Source: Bdellovibrio sp. CG22_combo_CG10-13_8_21_14_all_39_27 (GTDB taxonomy: Bacteria; Bdellovibrionota; Bacteriovoracia; Bacteriovoracales; Bacteriovoracaceae). From it: a stretch of DNA of 64,000 bases. Below, one piece after another: positions 36,259-45,327 of this stretch; the stretch's first letter is position 1, and the number at the start of each line of letters is the position of its first letter. The position numbers were made by a program, and so were the translations under genes. The notes below the pieces were generated by a model. That model searched no databases, was not told the origin of the DNA, and saw nothing but the letters and a program-made list of their open reading frames with translations. The DNA lies in assembly GCA_002786715.1 (NCBI GenBank), contig PCTW01000038.1, forward strand, positions 206,304 through 270,303. Direction: 5' to 3'.

Positions 36259-36965
36259 TGGAACTTCCACGTAAAAAACTTGAGATTCTAGGTTATGCTT
36301 TTATCTTCACCCTTGCCATTCTTGGTCAGTACTTTGCTCGCACAGACCTAGCTTTTTTTGAAGGTACTTATGTTCGTGAAGATTCTTTTATTGAATGGCT
36401 TCAATTTACAGGTTTATTTTTTGGTTTTTTAGTTTGTCTTTATCGAATGATTATTCTCAAGCCATTTCGCAGTTGGACGTTTCTTCTGGGCTTAGCTTTA
36501 CTTGCTTTTCTTTTCTTTTTTGGAGCGGCAGAGGAAATTTCGTGGGGACAAAGAATTTTTGATTTTAAAACACCTGAATGGTTTATGGCCCATAATACTC
36601 AAGGTGAATTCAATCTTCACAATTTAAAATTTGGAAACTTTAAAGTGAACCGAATCATCTTTGGAACTGTTTTAGGAATTATCATTGGATTCTATTTTTT
36701 AATCCTTCCACTTCTTTACAAAAAAATGAAGAAGCTCAAGGATTTTGCAGATGGTTTTGCCATCCCTGTGCCAAAGCTTTATCACATCATCGCTTATATT
36801 CTTCTCGCCATAATTGCTAAGAGTATTCCTAGTCCTAAGAAAGGCGAGATTTTAGAATTTGGTGGGATTTGGATATTTATTCTGATGATTTTTGAACCGT
36901 ATAATCGCGAATTTTTCAGTCGTAAATTAAAGCCTATTCACGAAACGCCGCCACCGCAATCGTAA
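36258..36965 (+). CDS. Polytopic membrane protein of unknown function
   Basis: It has 5-6 hydrophobic helices and a conserved-looking loop, AAEEISWGQRIF. The ATG overlaps the rpiB stop (TAATG). Confidence 0.5.
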   Translation: MELPRKKLEILGYAFIFTLAILGQYFARTDLAFFEGTYVREDSFIEWLQFTGLFFGFLVCLYRMIILKPFRSWTFLLGLALLAFLFFFGAAEEISWGQRIFDFKTPEWFMAHNTQGEFNLHNLKFGNFKVNRIIFGTVLGIIIGFYFLILPLLYKKMKKLKDFADGFAIPVPKLYHIIAYILLAIIAKSIPSPKKGEILEFGGIWIFILMIFEPYNREFFSRKLKPIHETPPPQS

Positions 36966-37655
36966 GACGGCAAAGAGCGCTTCAAAAATAATTCCTCCGG
37001 CCATTTTAGACTGACCATCTCTTCTTTCATAAAAGATAATAGGAACTTCTTTGACGTTGAGTCCACGACTCCAAACTTTGTAATTGAGCTCGAGTTGAAA
37101 AATGTATCCGCTGGAGATGATGTCATCGAGATTAATTGACTCAAGGGCGCGACGGTTGAAGCATTTAAAGCCACCAGTTGTATCAAAAACAGGAATACTC
37201 GTTACAAAACGGGTATAAATTGAAGCCAGATAAGAGAGAAGAAGCCTCTTGAAAGGCCAGTTGATAATACGAATTCCATCGATATAACGAGAACCAATCA
37301 CGAGATCATTGGTTTGAGCAGCTGTTAGTAAATCAGGGATTTGTTTAGGATCGTGAGAAAAATCGCAATCCATTTCAAAAACAAATTCATACTTTCTTTC
37401 AAGCGCCCATTTGAATCCTGTGACGTACGCTGTGCCTAAACCAAGCTTACCTGTGCGCTCAATCATAAAAAGATTATTGGGATATTGCTGTTGGAATTTC
37501 TTAACAACATCAGCTGTACCGTCTGGTGAACCGTCTTCGATAATGAGAAGTGAAATCGCTGGATAAAGAGCAAACAAAGTCGTGATCATTTTCTCAATAT
37601 TATCAATTTCATTATACGTAGGAATGATGATGAGTGTTTGGTGGTAAGGCAGCAA
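36927..37655 (-). CDS. Polyprenol-phosphate mannose synthase-like GT2 (Ppm1/DPM1 type)
   Basis: Motifs IIIPTYNE, IIEDGSPDGT, EMDCDFSHDP and YERRDGQSKM. Confidence 0.8.
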   Translation of the reverse strand: MLPYHQTLIIIPTYNEIDNIEKMITTLFALYPAISLLIIEDGSPDGTADVVKKFQQQYPNNLFMIERTGKLGLGTAYVTGFKWALERKYEFVFEMDCDFSHDPKQIPDLLTAAQTNDLVIGSRYIDGIRIINWPFKRLLLSYLASIYTRFVTSIPVFDTTGGFKCFNRRALESINLDDIISSGYIFQLELNYKVWSRGLNVKEVPIIFYERRDGQSKMAGGIIFEALFAVLRLRWRRFVNRL

Positions 37656-37673
37656 GGTTGCTCCAGTGAAATT

Positions 37674-38066
37674 TTAGAGACTATTATTGTTTCTACTATT
37701 ACACCCGAGACACCGTTTTATCAAATCTTTGCGCAGTTTATTGGTGGTTTTATAGAAGTAATCAACTGCTTTTTGGCCCATTTTACTATCGAGGAGCCAT
37801 GTCCATTGGGAGACTTTTGGATTGAGTTTTAAAAGCCATTCCACGGCCTCTGGACCGCGATAAATCTTACCTTCGTCACAAATGACATGGACTTCGTCCA
37901 AGCAAGCGTCAGGGTCTAATTCTTTAAAGAGCTCATAAGTTAAGGGAGAGTTGATATCGAAGTAAGAGAGGTTTTCAAAACCCTCTGCTCTTTCGAGAGT
38001 TTGTTTAAAGCGAGTGCACATAGGGCATTCGCCATCATAAAAGAGAGCTGGTACTTTTCTTTCCAT
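37674..38066 (-). CDS. DCC1-like thiol-disulfide oxidoreductase (DUF393)
   Basis: N-terminal motif LFYDGECPMCTRF; 130 aa. Confidence 0.7.
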   Translation of the reverse strand: MERKVPALFYDGECPMCTRFKQTLERAEGFENLSYFDINSPLTYELFKELDPDACLDEVHVICDEGKIYRGPEAVEWLLKLNPKVSQWTWLLDSKMGQKAVDYFYKTTNKLRKDLIKRCLGCNSRNNNSL

Positions 38067-38092
38067 AAAACCATCCTTGGTTTCGCCAATTT

Positions 38093-39676
38093 TTATTCAA
38101 TACTTAATCTTCTCAATCCTGTGATTTGGTAACGGCGAGAAATAATTTCAAAAATAGGGCGAGACTTATCTTTATTTATTTGAGCTTCTTGTGCCGCTTT
38201 TTCTGCGAAGTCTAGAGATTTAATACTACTACCGCTTGATTTTTGCTTTAGCTTATTAAATGGATTTTGAAAACCTGATGATGAACTAGCTTTGCGTCCA
38301 TAATTGTTTCCACCTGAGAACGAAACAGTTTTAACACCAGAGCTTGAACCTGAGTATTTGGCATAATAGGGAGAGACCTTGCCCGACTCTTGAAATCTAG
38401 CGAGGTATTTACCGGAGCCAGGAACATTGAGATTTGCTGCAGCTAATGTTTTAGCAAAGCTTGATGGAAGCCCCATATTTTCTAGTTCGCTGACGAGTCC
38501 TGCTTTGCTGGATGGTACAGAAGGTGATGTTAACCCGAGTTGATTTGCGGCTTCTTGCATTCTTGATTTATTTCTTGCAGCTCTTTGTCCAGCTGTCGCG
38601 AGAGTGGTTTTTCCATTTTTTAGTTCACCACGAGTAAGAGCTTTAAAGGCATCTCCATCTGGTGATCCTAAAAAGGCATTCCCAAAATTAGTCCCGCCAA
38701 CCATTGAAACAAACTCTTTATCAAAACATGTATTTGAACCTAGACAGCGACATTTTGGATCGGCCTTGAGTTGGTTATCAACACAAGTCATACGAATTGA
38801 TTCTTGAGCGATTTTATTATTGCCAAGATAGGGAGCACAGGCAGAAGTGTCATACATTGTTTCAGGTTGAGCACAGTAACAATCAGTCTCTGTAATTTTG
38901 TTACAATCGCCAGCTCCTGGAAGTTTGTCGGCAATTCCTTTGATCTCATCTGCATATTCATTATTTTTCTTGATTTCACTCATATAAAATGAAGTCATGA
39001 GACCTGCCCCTGCGAGCTTCACCCAATAACTTGTAGTAGGCGAAATACCACCCATAGTTCCCATGTAGACATAACAACCTAATGTTCCGCCCCAGCCAAC
39101 TGCTGCGATAGTTGAAGTTTGCGCTTTGGCTCGATGAGAAGCTGCGGCCTTATAGAGCAAGGTCTTTTGTACGTTTTCGCCTGGTTTGTTGACGCCACTA
39201 ATATTGGATTGTTGCATTTGCTGCATCACTTGACCGGCCATCTCTGTTCCCATGGCCACATAAGCGCAATAATCTTTTTGAGTTTTTTCGTCCTTTGGAG
39301 TGTCTTTAGGCCATTCTTTTGCTCCGTCTGGAGGACTTTTCTCAAATCCGCTTCCAATATTACCTACAATCATAGCGTACATACTTGAGAGCATTTTAAA
39401 CATCTGACTATCGACACCCATAAACTTGGTACGACCTTGACCTTGGCAGGCATTAGGATCATCGAGCTTGGCACATTCTTCTTGCATGGTTCTTTGCGAA
39501 AGTCCTTCGTGAATGAAGGTTTTAGTTTCGTATCTTTCTTGATCGGTCATATCCATATTGTTTGGGTTTTTCGGATCATCTTTTTTATCTTCCGAACCAT
39601 CGTGGCGTACCACTTGGGCCCAAGCGAGTTGAGAAAGTAGGCACAAAATAAGAATCAAAAACTTATGCTTACGCAA
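38093..39676 (-). CDS. Large secreted Cys-rich protein with a Ser/Gly-rich C-terminal region
   Basis: Signal peptide ...LSQLAWA. A central cluster of Cys is present (DCNKITETDCYCAQPETMYDTSACAPY...CVDNQLKADPKCRCLGSNTC), and the Ser-rich tail reads SGSSSGVKTVSFSGG..SSSSG. Confidence 0.5.
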   Translation of the reverse strand: MRKHKFLILILCLLSQLAWAQVVRHDGSEDKKDDPKNPNNMDMTDQERYETKTFIHEGLSQRTMQEECAKLDDPNACQGQGRTKFMGVDSQMFKMLSSMYAMIVGNIGSGFEKSPPDGAKEWPKDTPKDEKTQKDYCAYVAMGTEMAGQVMQQMQQSNISGVNKPGENVQKTLLYKAAASHRAKAQTSTIAAVGWGGTLGCYVYMGTMGGISPTTSYWVKLAGAGLMTSFYMSEIKKNNEYADEIKGIADKLPGAGDCNKITETDCYCAQPETMYDTSACAPYLGNNKIAQESIRMTCVDNQLKADPKCRCLGSNTCFDKEFVSMVGGTNFGNAFLGSPDGDAFKALTRGELKNGKTTLATAGQRAARNKSRMQEAANQLGLTSPSVPSSKAGLVSELENMGLPSSFAKTLAAANLNVPGSGKYLARFQESGKVSPYYAKYSGSSSGVKTVSFSGGNNYGRKASSSSGFQNPFNKLKQKSSGSSIKSLDFAEKAAQEAQINKDKSRPIFEIISRRYQITGLRRLSIE

Positions 39677-39834
39677 GGCGAAACCTCTTTGATTTAGTCC
39701 TCTTCATTTTAACATCTGCTTGATTTCTGGCCTAGTAAGCAAGAAATGCAACTTTTTTCAGGTCATAAAATTGATGAGTTAGAAGATTTTTGTCGTAATT
39801 TCGGATAGTTACAAAATGGGTCCAAAGATTGGCG

Positions 39835-39851
39835 GTTTGACACTGTCAAAC
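39835..39851 (+). promoter_or_regulatory. Perfect 17-bp palindrome GTTTGACA-C-TGTCAAAC, a candidate operator overlapping TTGACA boxes upstream of the DtxR-family gene
   Basis: Read directly from the sequence. It lies inside the longest ORF call (39816), which argues for a downstream start. Confidence 0.4.
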
Positions 39852-39893
39852 TCTAATTTGACGACTATGACAAGATGCTTTAGAACTTCACTT

Positions 39894-40442
39894 ATGACAA
39901 ACAAACATCAAAATCATCAAGAAGATCTGCTTTCCCATTCCATGGTTCATTACCTACTCACTATTCATAAACTTCGTGAGTCAAAAGGTTATGCGCGAGT
40001 TACAGATATTGCGAAAGATCTGGAGCTCACAAAAGGTAGTGTATCAACGGCCATTAATAATTTAAAAAAGAAAGAGCTGGTTATTGAGGAAGAGGATTCT
40101 AAGTTTTTGCTATTAACTCATGCAGGTCATGATGAAGTACATCGCATTTTATCTTCGCGAACTTTACTCTATTACTTTTTGAGAGATTTTGTAGGTGTCG
40201 GAGAAGAATTGGCCGAGAAAGATTCCTGCCAAATGGAACACCTTATGAGTCCGGAAACAAGCCACAAGTTTTTTCAGTTCATGAAAGACTTGGCCTGTTC
40301 ATGTGAAAGAGCTGAAAAACAAGGTGTAAAGCTTCCTAGCCATTTTCAATTTCAAACCGCCCTTGATTTTTGCCAATTCGAAAACATGGATCAATTCTCT
40401 GAGAGTCAAATTGGCGATAAACATCTACCAGAGCAAAAATAA
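39894..40442 (+). CDS. DtxR/MntR-family metal-dependent transcriptional regulator
   Basis: HYLLTIHKLRESKGYARVTDIAKDLELTKGSVSTAINNLKKKELV is the wHTH, followed by the RTLLYYFL..VG..EELAEKDSCQMEH metal-site region. The start is uncertain (39816, 39867 or 39894). Confidence 0.72.
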   Translation: MTNKHQNHQEDLLSHSMVHYLLTIHKLRESKGYARVTDIAKDLELTKGSVSTAINNLKKKELVIEEEDSKFLLLTHAGHDEVHRILSSRTLLYYFLRDFVGVGEELAEKDSCQMEHLMSPETSHKFFQFMKDLACSCERAEKQGVKLPSHFQFQTALDFCQFENMDQFSESQIGDKHLPEQK

Positions 40443-41137
40443 TGTTTTTGAAGTTGCTGATTCTGACTACAATCGTGAATGCTGAAACAGTAAACTTTTG
40501 CTTTGATCGAGAGATTCCTCTTGAAAGAGCAAAAAACGAATTATCTACAATCTCCACTCAAAGCGATCAAATTGATATGCGCCGCGGGCCTCATTGTCTT
40601 GAGGTCACTGTATCGGAATCGAGAATAGAGCTCTTTGATAAATATTTAAGAAGAGTTTTTCCAGGCAAAGTGAGTAAGCGAAATATTTTTTCAGGTTTTG
40701 ATGAACCCAAGCCAATGATTCCTGATTCTCATTGCAATATTGAAATTGAGCAAAAAGGAACTGGAACCTCACAAGGTAATCAGTACAGAGTTGGATCAGA
40801 AAATATGGCCAGACAAACAAACATCAATGAAACGACTTCTTCAAAAATGAGAATGGTTTTGACTAAGGGAAGAACAGGAAGATTAAAAGTTAATGATAGA
40901 GATGTTGAGATCTCCTGTTTTCCTCGAGGTAGGCAATTTCAAGTAGATGTATCAATTGCTCAGTCAAAAGGTTCAGTCGCCACTTCTCTTACGGTGTCAT
41001 CTGGACAGCAAATTGATCTGGGGGATATTGTCGAACAATTCGAAAGAAATGGCAGGTTGCTTGATATTAATCAAGGCGTACAAGTGAACAAAGAGAAAGG
41101 ACAATTGAAAAGTCAGTATTTTCTTACTGTTCAATAG
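40442..41137 (+). CDS. Secreted protein of unknown function, translationally coupled to the DtxR-family gene
   Basis: Signal peptide MFLKLLILTTIVNA. The ATG overlaps the upstream TAA (TAATG). Any resemblance to secretin-type beta domains (TSLTVSSGQQIDLGDIV) is only vague. Confidence 0.45.
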   Translation: MFLKLLILTTIVNAETVNFCFDREIPLERAKNELSTISTQSDQIDMRRGPHCLEVTVSESRIELFDKYLRRVFPGKVSKRNIFSGFDEPKPMIPDSHCNIEIEQKGTGTSQGNQYRVGSENMARQTNINETTSSKMRMVLTKGRTGRLKVNDRDVEISCFPRGRQFQVDVSIAQSKGSVATSLTVSSGQQIDLGDIVEQFERNGRLLDINQGVQVNKEKGQLKSQYFLTVQ

Positions 41138-42854
41138 TGGGTCTTAAATAATAGTGCGAAATAAATTTTTGACCATTGGGATTCCAGCCCTCGCGTGTGA
41201 ATAAGTACCAAAAATAATTTTTAAAATTCATTTTTTCAAAATCTGGCCACCACCAGTAGCGAAGCGGAATAATTTCTCGGGCATGAGTCGATGAAAGTTT
41301 TTGCTCCCATTCTAAGTCCGGTAAATCTACGAGCACATGCTGATAGTTGCTAGCATCGCTTACATCAGGGTTAAATACGTAGCCCTCTTTTCCATAAAGA
41401 AACCAAGTGAGAGGCCAAGTATTACTGTCTAAGGCGAGTATAGAACTATGAGTTTGTTCTAGTTCTTGGGCGAGACTATTAGAGAGATCTTCATAGCTTT
41501 TACTAGTGTGCACTTGGGAGATTAATTCCTGTGCTTGATGGGAATCGAGGAAATTAATTTGAATTGCGAGCAGAATATTTACTGAGAGAAAGATCACCAT
41601 CGCAATAGATGAAGGCCAACGACCGATAAGCTGTCTGATATAAATCCAAAAATAGATATAACCAACGACGATAAAATACATTGTGAGCCAAGGAACTTTT
41701 TCGCCCAGATAAGAGTAGGTAAAAAGCAGAGAGAAAAAGGAATAACTAAGTAGCGCCAAGTCTTGTCTGCGATCAAGTAAATGCTTTGTCGTAAAGCCAA
41801 TTCCTGAGATGAGAAAAATCCAAAAAAGATAGGCATCGAGAGGGATCTTGAGTTTTAGCCAAGTTGAAAGAAACTCTCTTGAAAAGTGATGTTCCATGCC
41901 CCAATGAGTAAGGACTCCAAGCAAGATGACTAATAGATAAGTGAATTTCGTTTTTAACGTTGATGAGAAGAAATTGTGAATATAATAAATGACCATTAAA
42001 AAAAGAAGTGGAATTTCGTACCAACTTAAAAAGAGAAATGAATAGGAAAAGGGGCCAGATATTCTTTCTTGATGGTGTTGTTGAACCCAATAAGAGAGAC
42101 TCTTTCGGTAAAGACCGTCGAGAATTCCCTCGGGATAAACAAAGCCAGCAGAATAGAAATAAGCACAGGAGGCAATCGCTAAAACAATTCCGAAAAAGAG
42201 AGGAATGGGAGCGCTTGAAAACCAGGGAAATATTCTTGAGAGGTAGGGTTCAACTGATCTTTTAGTGGAAATGATATACTCATAAATGAGAAAAATAAGA
42301 ATTAATAGTGCATGTACATAACTATTTTCTTTCACACAAAAAGCCAAACCTAAGGAACACCAGAAAAGAAGTTGGCGAGACCAATCGTGAATGAGGACGG
42401 TCGAAATGACCAGGGTGCAAGTAAAGGCCAGCATCAAAAGGTCATGTCTTAGAAATCGTCCCCAATAAATTAAAGAAGGAGAAAGGGCCAAGAGGAGAAT
42501 GATTTCAACAGTTCTTCTATTTCCCAACTTTTGACGAAAAAAAAGAGGAGCGATAAGGGGAACAAGTGAAAAGAGCATAGTGAGCAGGCGCGCACTCCAT
42601 TTGGAAACGCCAAAAAAATGGTATGACCAAGGAAGGAGATTATAAAGAAGTGGCCCATGTAACATGGGATCGTAATGATAAAAAAGATTTTTGGCATCAG
42701 TGTAATAATAGAGTCCATAAGTGGCATGGAGGGATTCATCATGATGGAACGGTCGCACATCAAGATTATGATAGCGTAAAAGAAAACCAAGTCCCAAAGC
42801 CAAAAGGGTCCATAAAACGAAAGGTATAGTTAGTTTTCTTTCAATTGTTCTCAT
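41124..42854 (-). CDS. GT-C fold membrane glycosyltransferase, TIGR03663-like (PMT/ArnT-related)
   Basis: It has about 13 hydrophobic helices. The N-terminal loop carries HHDESLH (DE) and MLHGPLLY (HGP), which are the invariant residues I recall for TIGR03663. Its start overlaps the upstream stop by 4 nt. Confidence 0.7.
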   Translation of the reverse strand: MRTIERKLTIPFVLWTLLALGLGFLLRYHNLDVRPFHHDESLHATYGLYYYTDAKNLFYHYDPMLHGPLLYNLLPWSYHFFGVSKWSARLLTMLFSLVPLIAPLFFRQKLGNRRTVEIILLLALSPSLIYWGRFLRHDLLMLAFTCTLVISTVLIHDWSRQLLFWCSLGLAFCVKENSYVHALLILIFLIYEYIISTKRSVEPYLSRIFPWFSSAPIPLFFGIVLAIASCAYFYSAGFVYPEGILDGLYRKSLSYWVQQHHQERISGPFSYSFLFLSWYEIPLLFLMVIYYIHNFFSSTLKTKFTYLLVILLGVLTHWGMEHHFSREFLSTWLKLKIPLDAYLFWIFLISGIGFTTKHLLDRRQDLALLSYSFFSLLFTYSYLGEKVPWLTMYFIVVGYIYFWIYIRQLIGRWPSSIAMVIFLSVNILLAIQINFLDSHQAQELISQVHTSKSYEDLSNSLAQELEQTHSSILALDSNTWPLTWFLYGKEGYVFNPDVSDASNYQHVLVDLPDLEWEQKLSSTHAREIIPLRYWWWPDFEKMNFKNYFWYLFTREGWNPNGQKFISHYYLRPTIEQ

Positions 42855-44206
42855 GCTTGAAAAGTCAGCTCCTTTTCATTATTTTCCATTCTATTTACCC
42901 ATTCCACTCCCTGCATAAAAGAATGATCTTGATTACTCACCTCATACTTCCAACCACCAAATCTGCCTCTAGAGAAAATCTGAAGGTCATCTAAAGTTGG
43001 AATTATTTTCTTTAAACGCGTATCGCGATCAAGAAAAGGAGTAGGGTAGCCATGTTCTGCAAAATATTGCCATTTCGAAACGATTTGATCTTGAGCTGAA
43101 ATTAGTTTGGTATTAATCAGTCCTTGAATAACTTCTTCGACTAATGCATCTCGACGAACTTTTTTAAAATGAGACTCGCTCACTTCAACCATAAGTGAAA
43201 AATAGGGCCCACCTTTGTCGGGGACATTCATAGGACTATAGTTTGAAAAAAGTGTTACTCGATAGAAAGGACAATTATCTTCAGGGAAATACATCCAGCA
43301 CTTGGTTGAAAGTTCGTGATGTGGCTTGCCCTTGATTCCTATGCCAATGATATGTGTTGATGAATATTTAAAGTCTGCCGCTTCTTTGACTATTTTTTGA
43401 TCGAGTCCAATGATTTTTTTTGTCAGATTATCTAAGGGCATCGTTGATAGAATGTGTTCATATTGAATTTGATTCCCATTGTCGGTATTTATTGTCTTCT
43501 CATGAGCATGAATACTTTTTACCGCTGTATTAAGACGAATTTTGTCAAAGCCAATTTTTTTACTTAAGGATTTCCAAATAGCGCCAGTCCCACCTGACTT
43601 TGGAAAACGAAACATATTATTGGGTCCCCAGGAAACATCATCTCGATTGAGTTTAATGTTTTCTTCAATTCGCTTGATATCAATGGTGCTTACTCTTTCA
43701 CCAACCCAAGAACTATTCATTTGGTGAGGTTCATAGGCCCAAACTTTAAAATTATAGGGAAATAGAAAATGGCGAGCGATTCCTGTTCCAAATTGATTAA
43801 GAATCCAATCATGGAAATTTTTTATTTCTCGTTGTGGATTATTTTTTAATTCTTTTAAACATTCGTCGCGAATTTCTGTAGGTAATCGGTGAATATTATT
43901 TTGAAAAGGATAGGGAATAAATCGATTGTGCATCCAAACCCAAGATTCTCGCTGATGATCAAGCCATCCATCGGTACCTAATGCAATATCCATTGCTTTA
44001 TCAAAATAAGGATAATGTGAAAATTGAACATGACCGCCGATATCCCAAGTGAATCCCTGTTCATCAATGAAACTCGTGGCCAAGCCTCCATAAAAAGAAG
44101 ACTTTTCCAAAATAATAAAATCGTGAATTCCTAATTCTTTAAGACGATAAGCTGCTCCGATTCCAGTCGGACCACAGCCAATAATGGCGTATCGAAATTT
44201 TTCCAA
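42851..44206 (-). CDS. glf: UDP-galactopyranose mutase, eukaryote type (FAD-dependent)
   Basis: The FAD motif is IIGCGPTGIGAA. Long blocks are near-identical to my recollection of fungal/kinetoplastid UGM: GGHVQFSHYPYFD, PYPFQNNI, PYNFKVWA, WVGERVS, WGPNNMFRFPKSGGTGAIW, YSSTHIIGIGIKG, KCWMYFPEDNCPFYRVTLFSNYSP, HGYPTP and SRGRFGGWKYEVSNQDHSFMQGVEWV. Confidence 0.8.
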   Translation of the reverse strand: MEKFRYAIIGCGPTGIGAAYRLKELGIHDFIILEKSSFYGGLATSFIDEQGFTWDIGGHVQFSHYPYFDKAMDIALGTDGWLDHQRESWVWMHNRFIPYPFQNNIHRLPTEIRDECLKELKNNPQREIKNFHDWILNQFGTGIARHFLFPYNFKVWAYEPHQMNSSWVGERVSTIDIKRIEENIKLNRDDVSWGPNNMFRFPKSGGTGAIWKSLSKKIGFDKIRLNTAVKSIHAHEKTINTDNGNQIQYEHILSTMPLDNLTKKIIGLDQKIVKEAADFKYSSTHIIGIGIKGKPHHELSTKCWMYFPEDNCPFYRVTLFSNYSPMNVPDKGGPYFSLMVEVSESHFKKVRRDALVEEVIQGLINTKLISAQDQIVSKWQYFAEHGYPTPFLDRDTRLKKIIPTLDDLQIFSRGRFGGWKYEVSNQDHSFMQGVEWVNRMENNEKELTFQA

Positions 44207-44214
44207 GCTCTTCC

Positions 44215-44994
44215 CTAAGCAACATTATCGAGATTTGTACTCTTCTCAATATTGTCGAGGGAATTGATTCTCTCGTAAAGAGAAAGTTTGAAAGAAAGGA
44301 CTTGGTAGAGCGAACGTGCGCAAGCTTTAATTAAGCCCCAGCTGATAAGCGAAGGTTTACCCGAGAGCCTTTTTTGATGTTTCACTGGATATTCTGGAAA
44401 TGATTTGAGTCGAATACTTGATATAACTGATAAAAAAACATTCGGTGCAAATAAGTCTGGGGGAAGAACAGAAAGGGAATTTCTTAAAAAATCACTTCTC
44501 ATCAATCTAAATGGTGTATTGGCATCTTTAATTGAAACTTCGAAGAGATAATGAAGAATTCCTTTTAAAAGTCGGCTAATTACTTTTCTCTTAAAGGGAT
44601 CTTGTCTTTGAGCTCTTATTCCAACGAGAAAGGGAGAGGTTTTTCTGTTCTCCCACAGTTTTTCAAAATCTGTTGGATCAAATTGATCATCACTGTCAGT
44701 CTGAAAAATCCATTGAGGATGAAAAATGAGTGCTTGGTGATAACCCGCCATGATGGCCTTACCATGCCCTTCATTCTCCTTATTTAAGATGTATAATCTT
44801 GGATTTTGCTTTTGAAAAACTTCGAGCGCCGCTAAGCTGCCATCGGTTGAGCCATCGTTGACGACGACCATGGTGTAAGAGAGTCCCATGCTATCAAATT
44901 GAGCAGACCATTTCGATAAAACATCAAGAATACAAACTTCTTCATTGTAGACTGGCATGACCAAACAGACAGAAGTTCCTTTATGGATATTCAT
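44215..44994 (-). CDS. GT2 glycosyltransferase of the polyprenyl-phosphate sugar synthase type (GtrB/ArnC/DPM1-like)
   Basis: Motifs LVMPVYNEE, VVNDGSTDGS, QTDSDDQFDP and the C-terminal HQKRLSGKPS. The start was trimmed to MNIHKG (44994); the upstream 64 codons lack coding character. Confidence 0.72.
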   Translation of the reverse strand: MNIHKGTSVCLVMPVYNEEVCILDVLSKWSAQFDSMGLSYTMVVVNDGSTDGSLAALEVFQKQNPRLYILNKENEGHGKAIMAGYHQALIFHPQWIFQTDSDDQFDPTDFEKLWENRKTSPFLVGIRAQRQDPFKRKVISRLLKGILHYLFEVSIKDANTPFRLMRSDFLRNSLSVLPPDLFAPNVFLSVISSIRLKSFPEYPVKHQKRLSGKPSLISWGLIKACARSLYQVLSFKLSLYERINSLDNIEKSTNLDNVA

Positions 44995-45327
44995 GTGAAT
45001 TAACCTTGATTCCGCCACCAAAATCGGTGCAACTTTAATTCTAAAACAACGAACTTTAGTTATGTAGCGGGCAAAGCTGTCCCACTGGGCACTAACTATT
45101 GAAAATTTTTGAAGAAAACAAGAATGATCGGATAAGGAGACAGTTGAGAAAAATGATTTTTTAATTTCAATGTCACGGCGTGCCACACAATCAGACTTTT
45201 TGTCTCAATCTTTGTCCAGGAACTTATAGCAGCAAACTTGTTATTGGGAGTACCTCTGGTATTATGGGTCGCAAATGGGTCTTATTTGACCTTTAATTTC
45301 ATCAATATTTAAGTCCAGGAGAATGAT

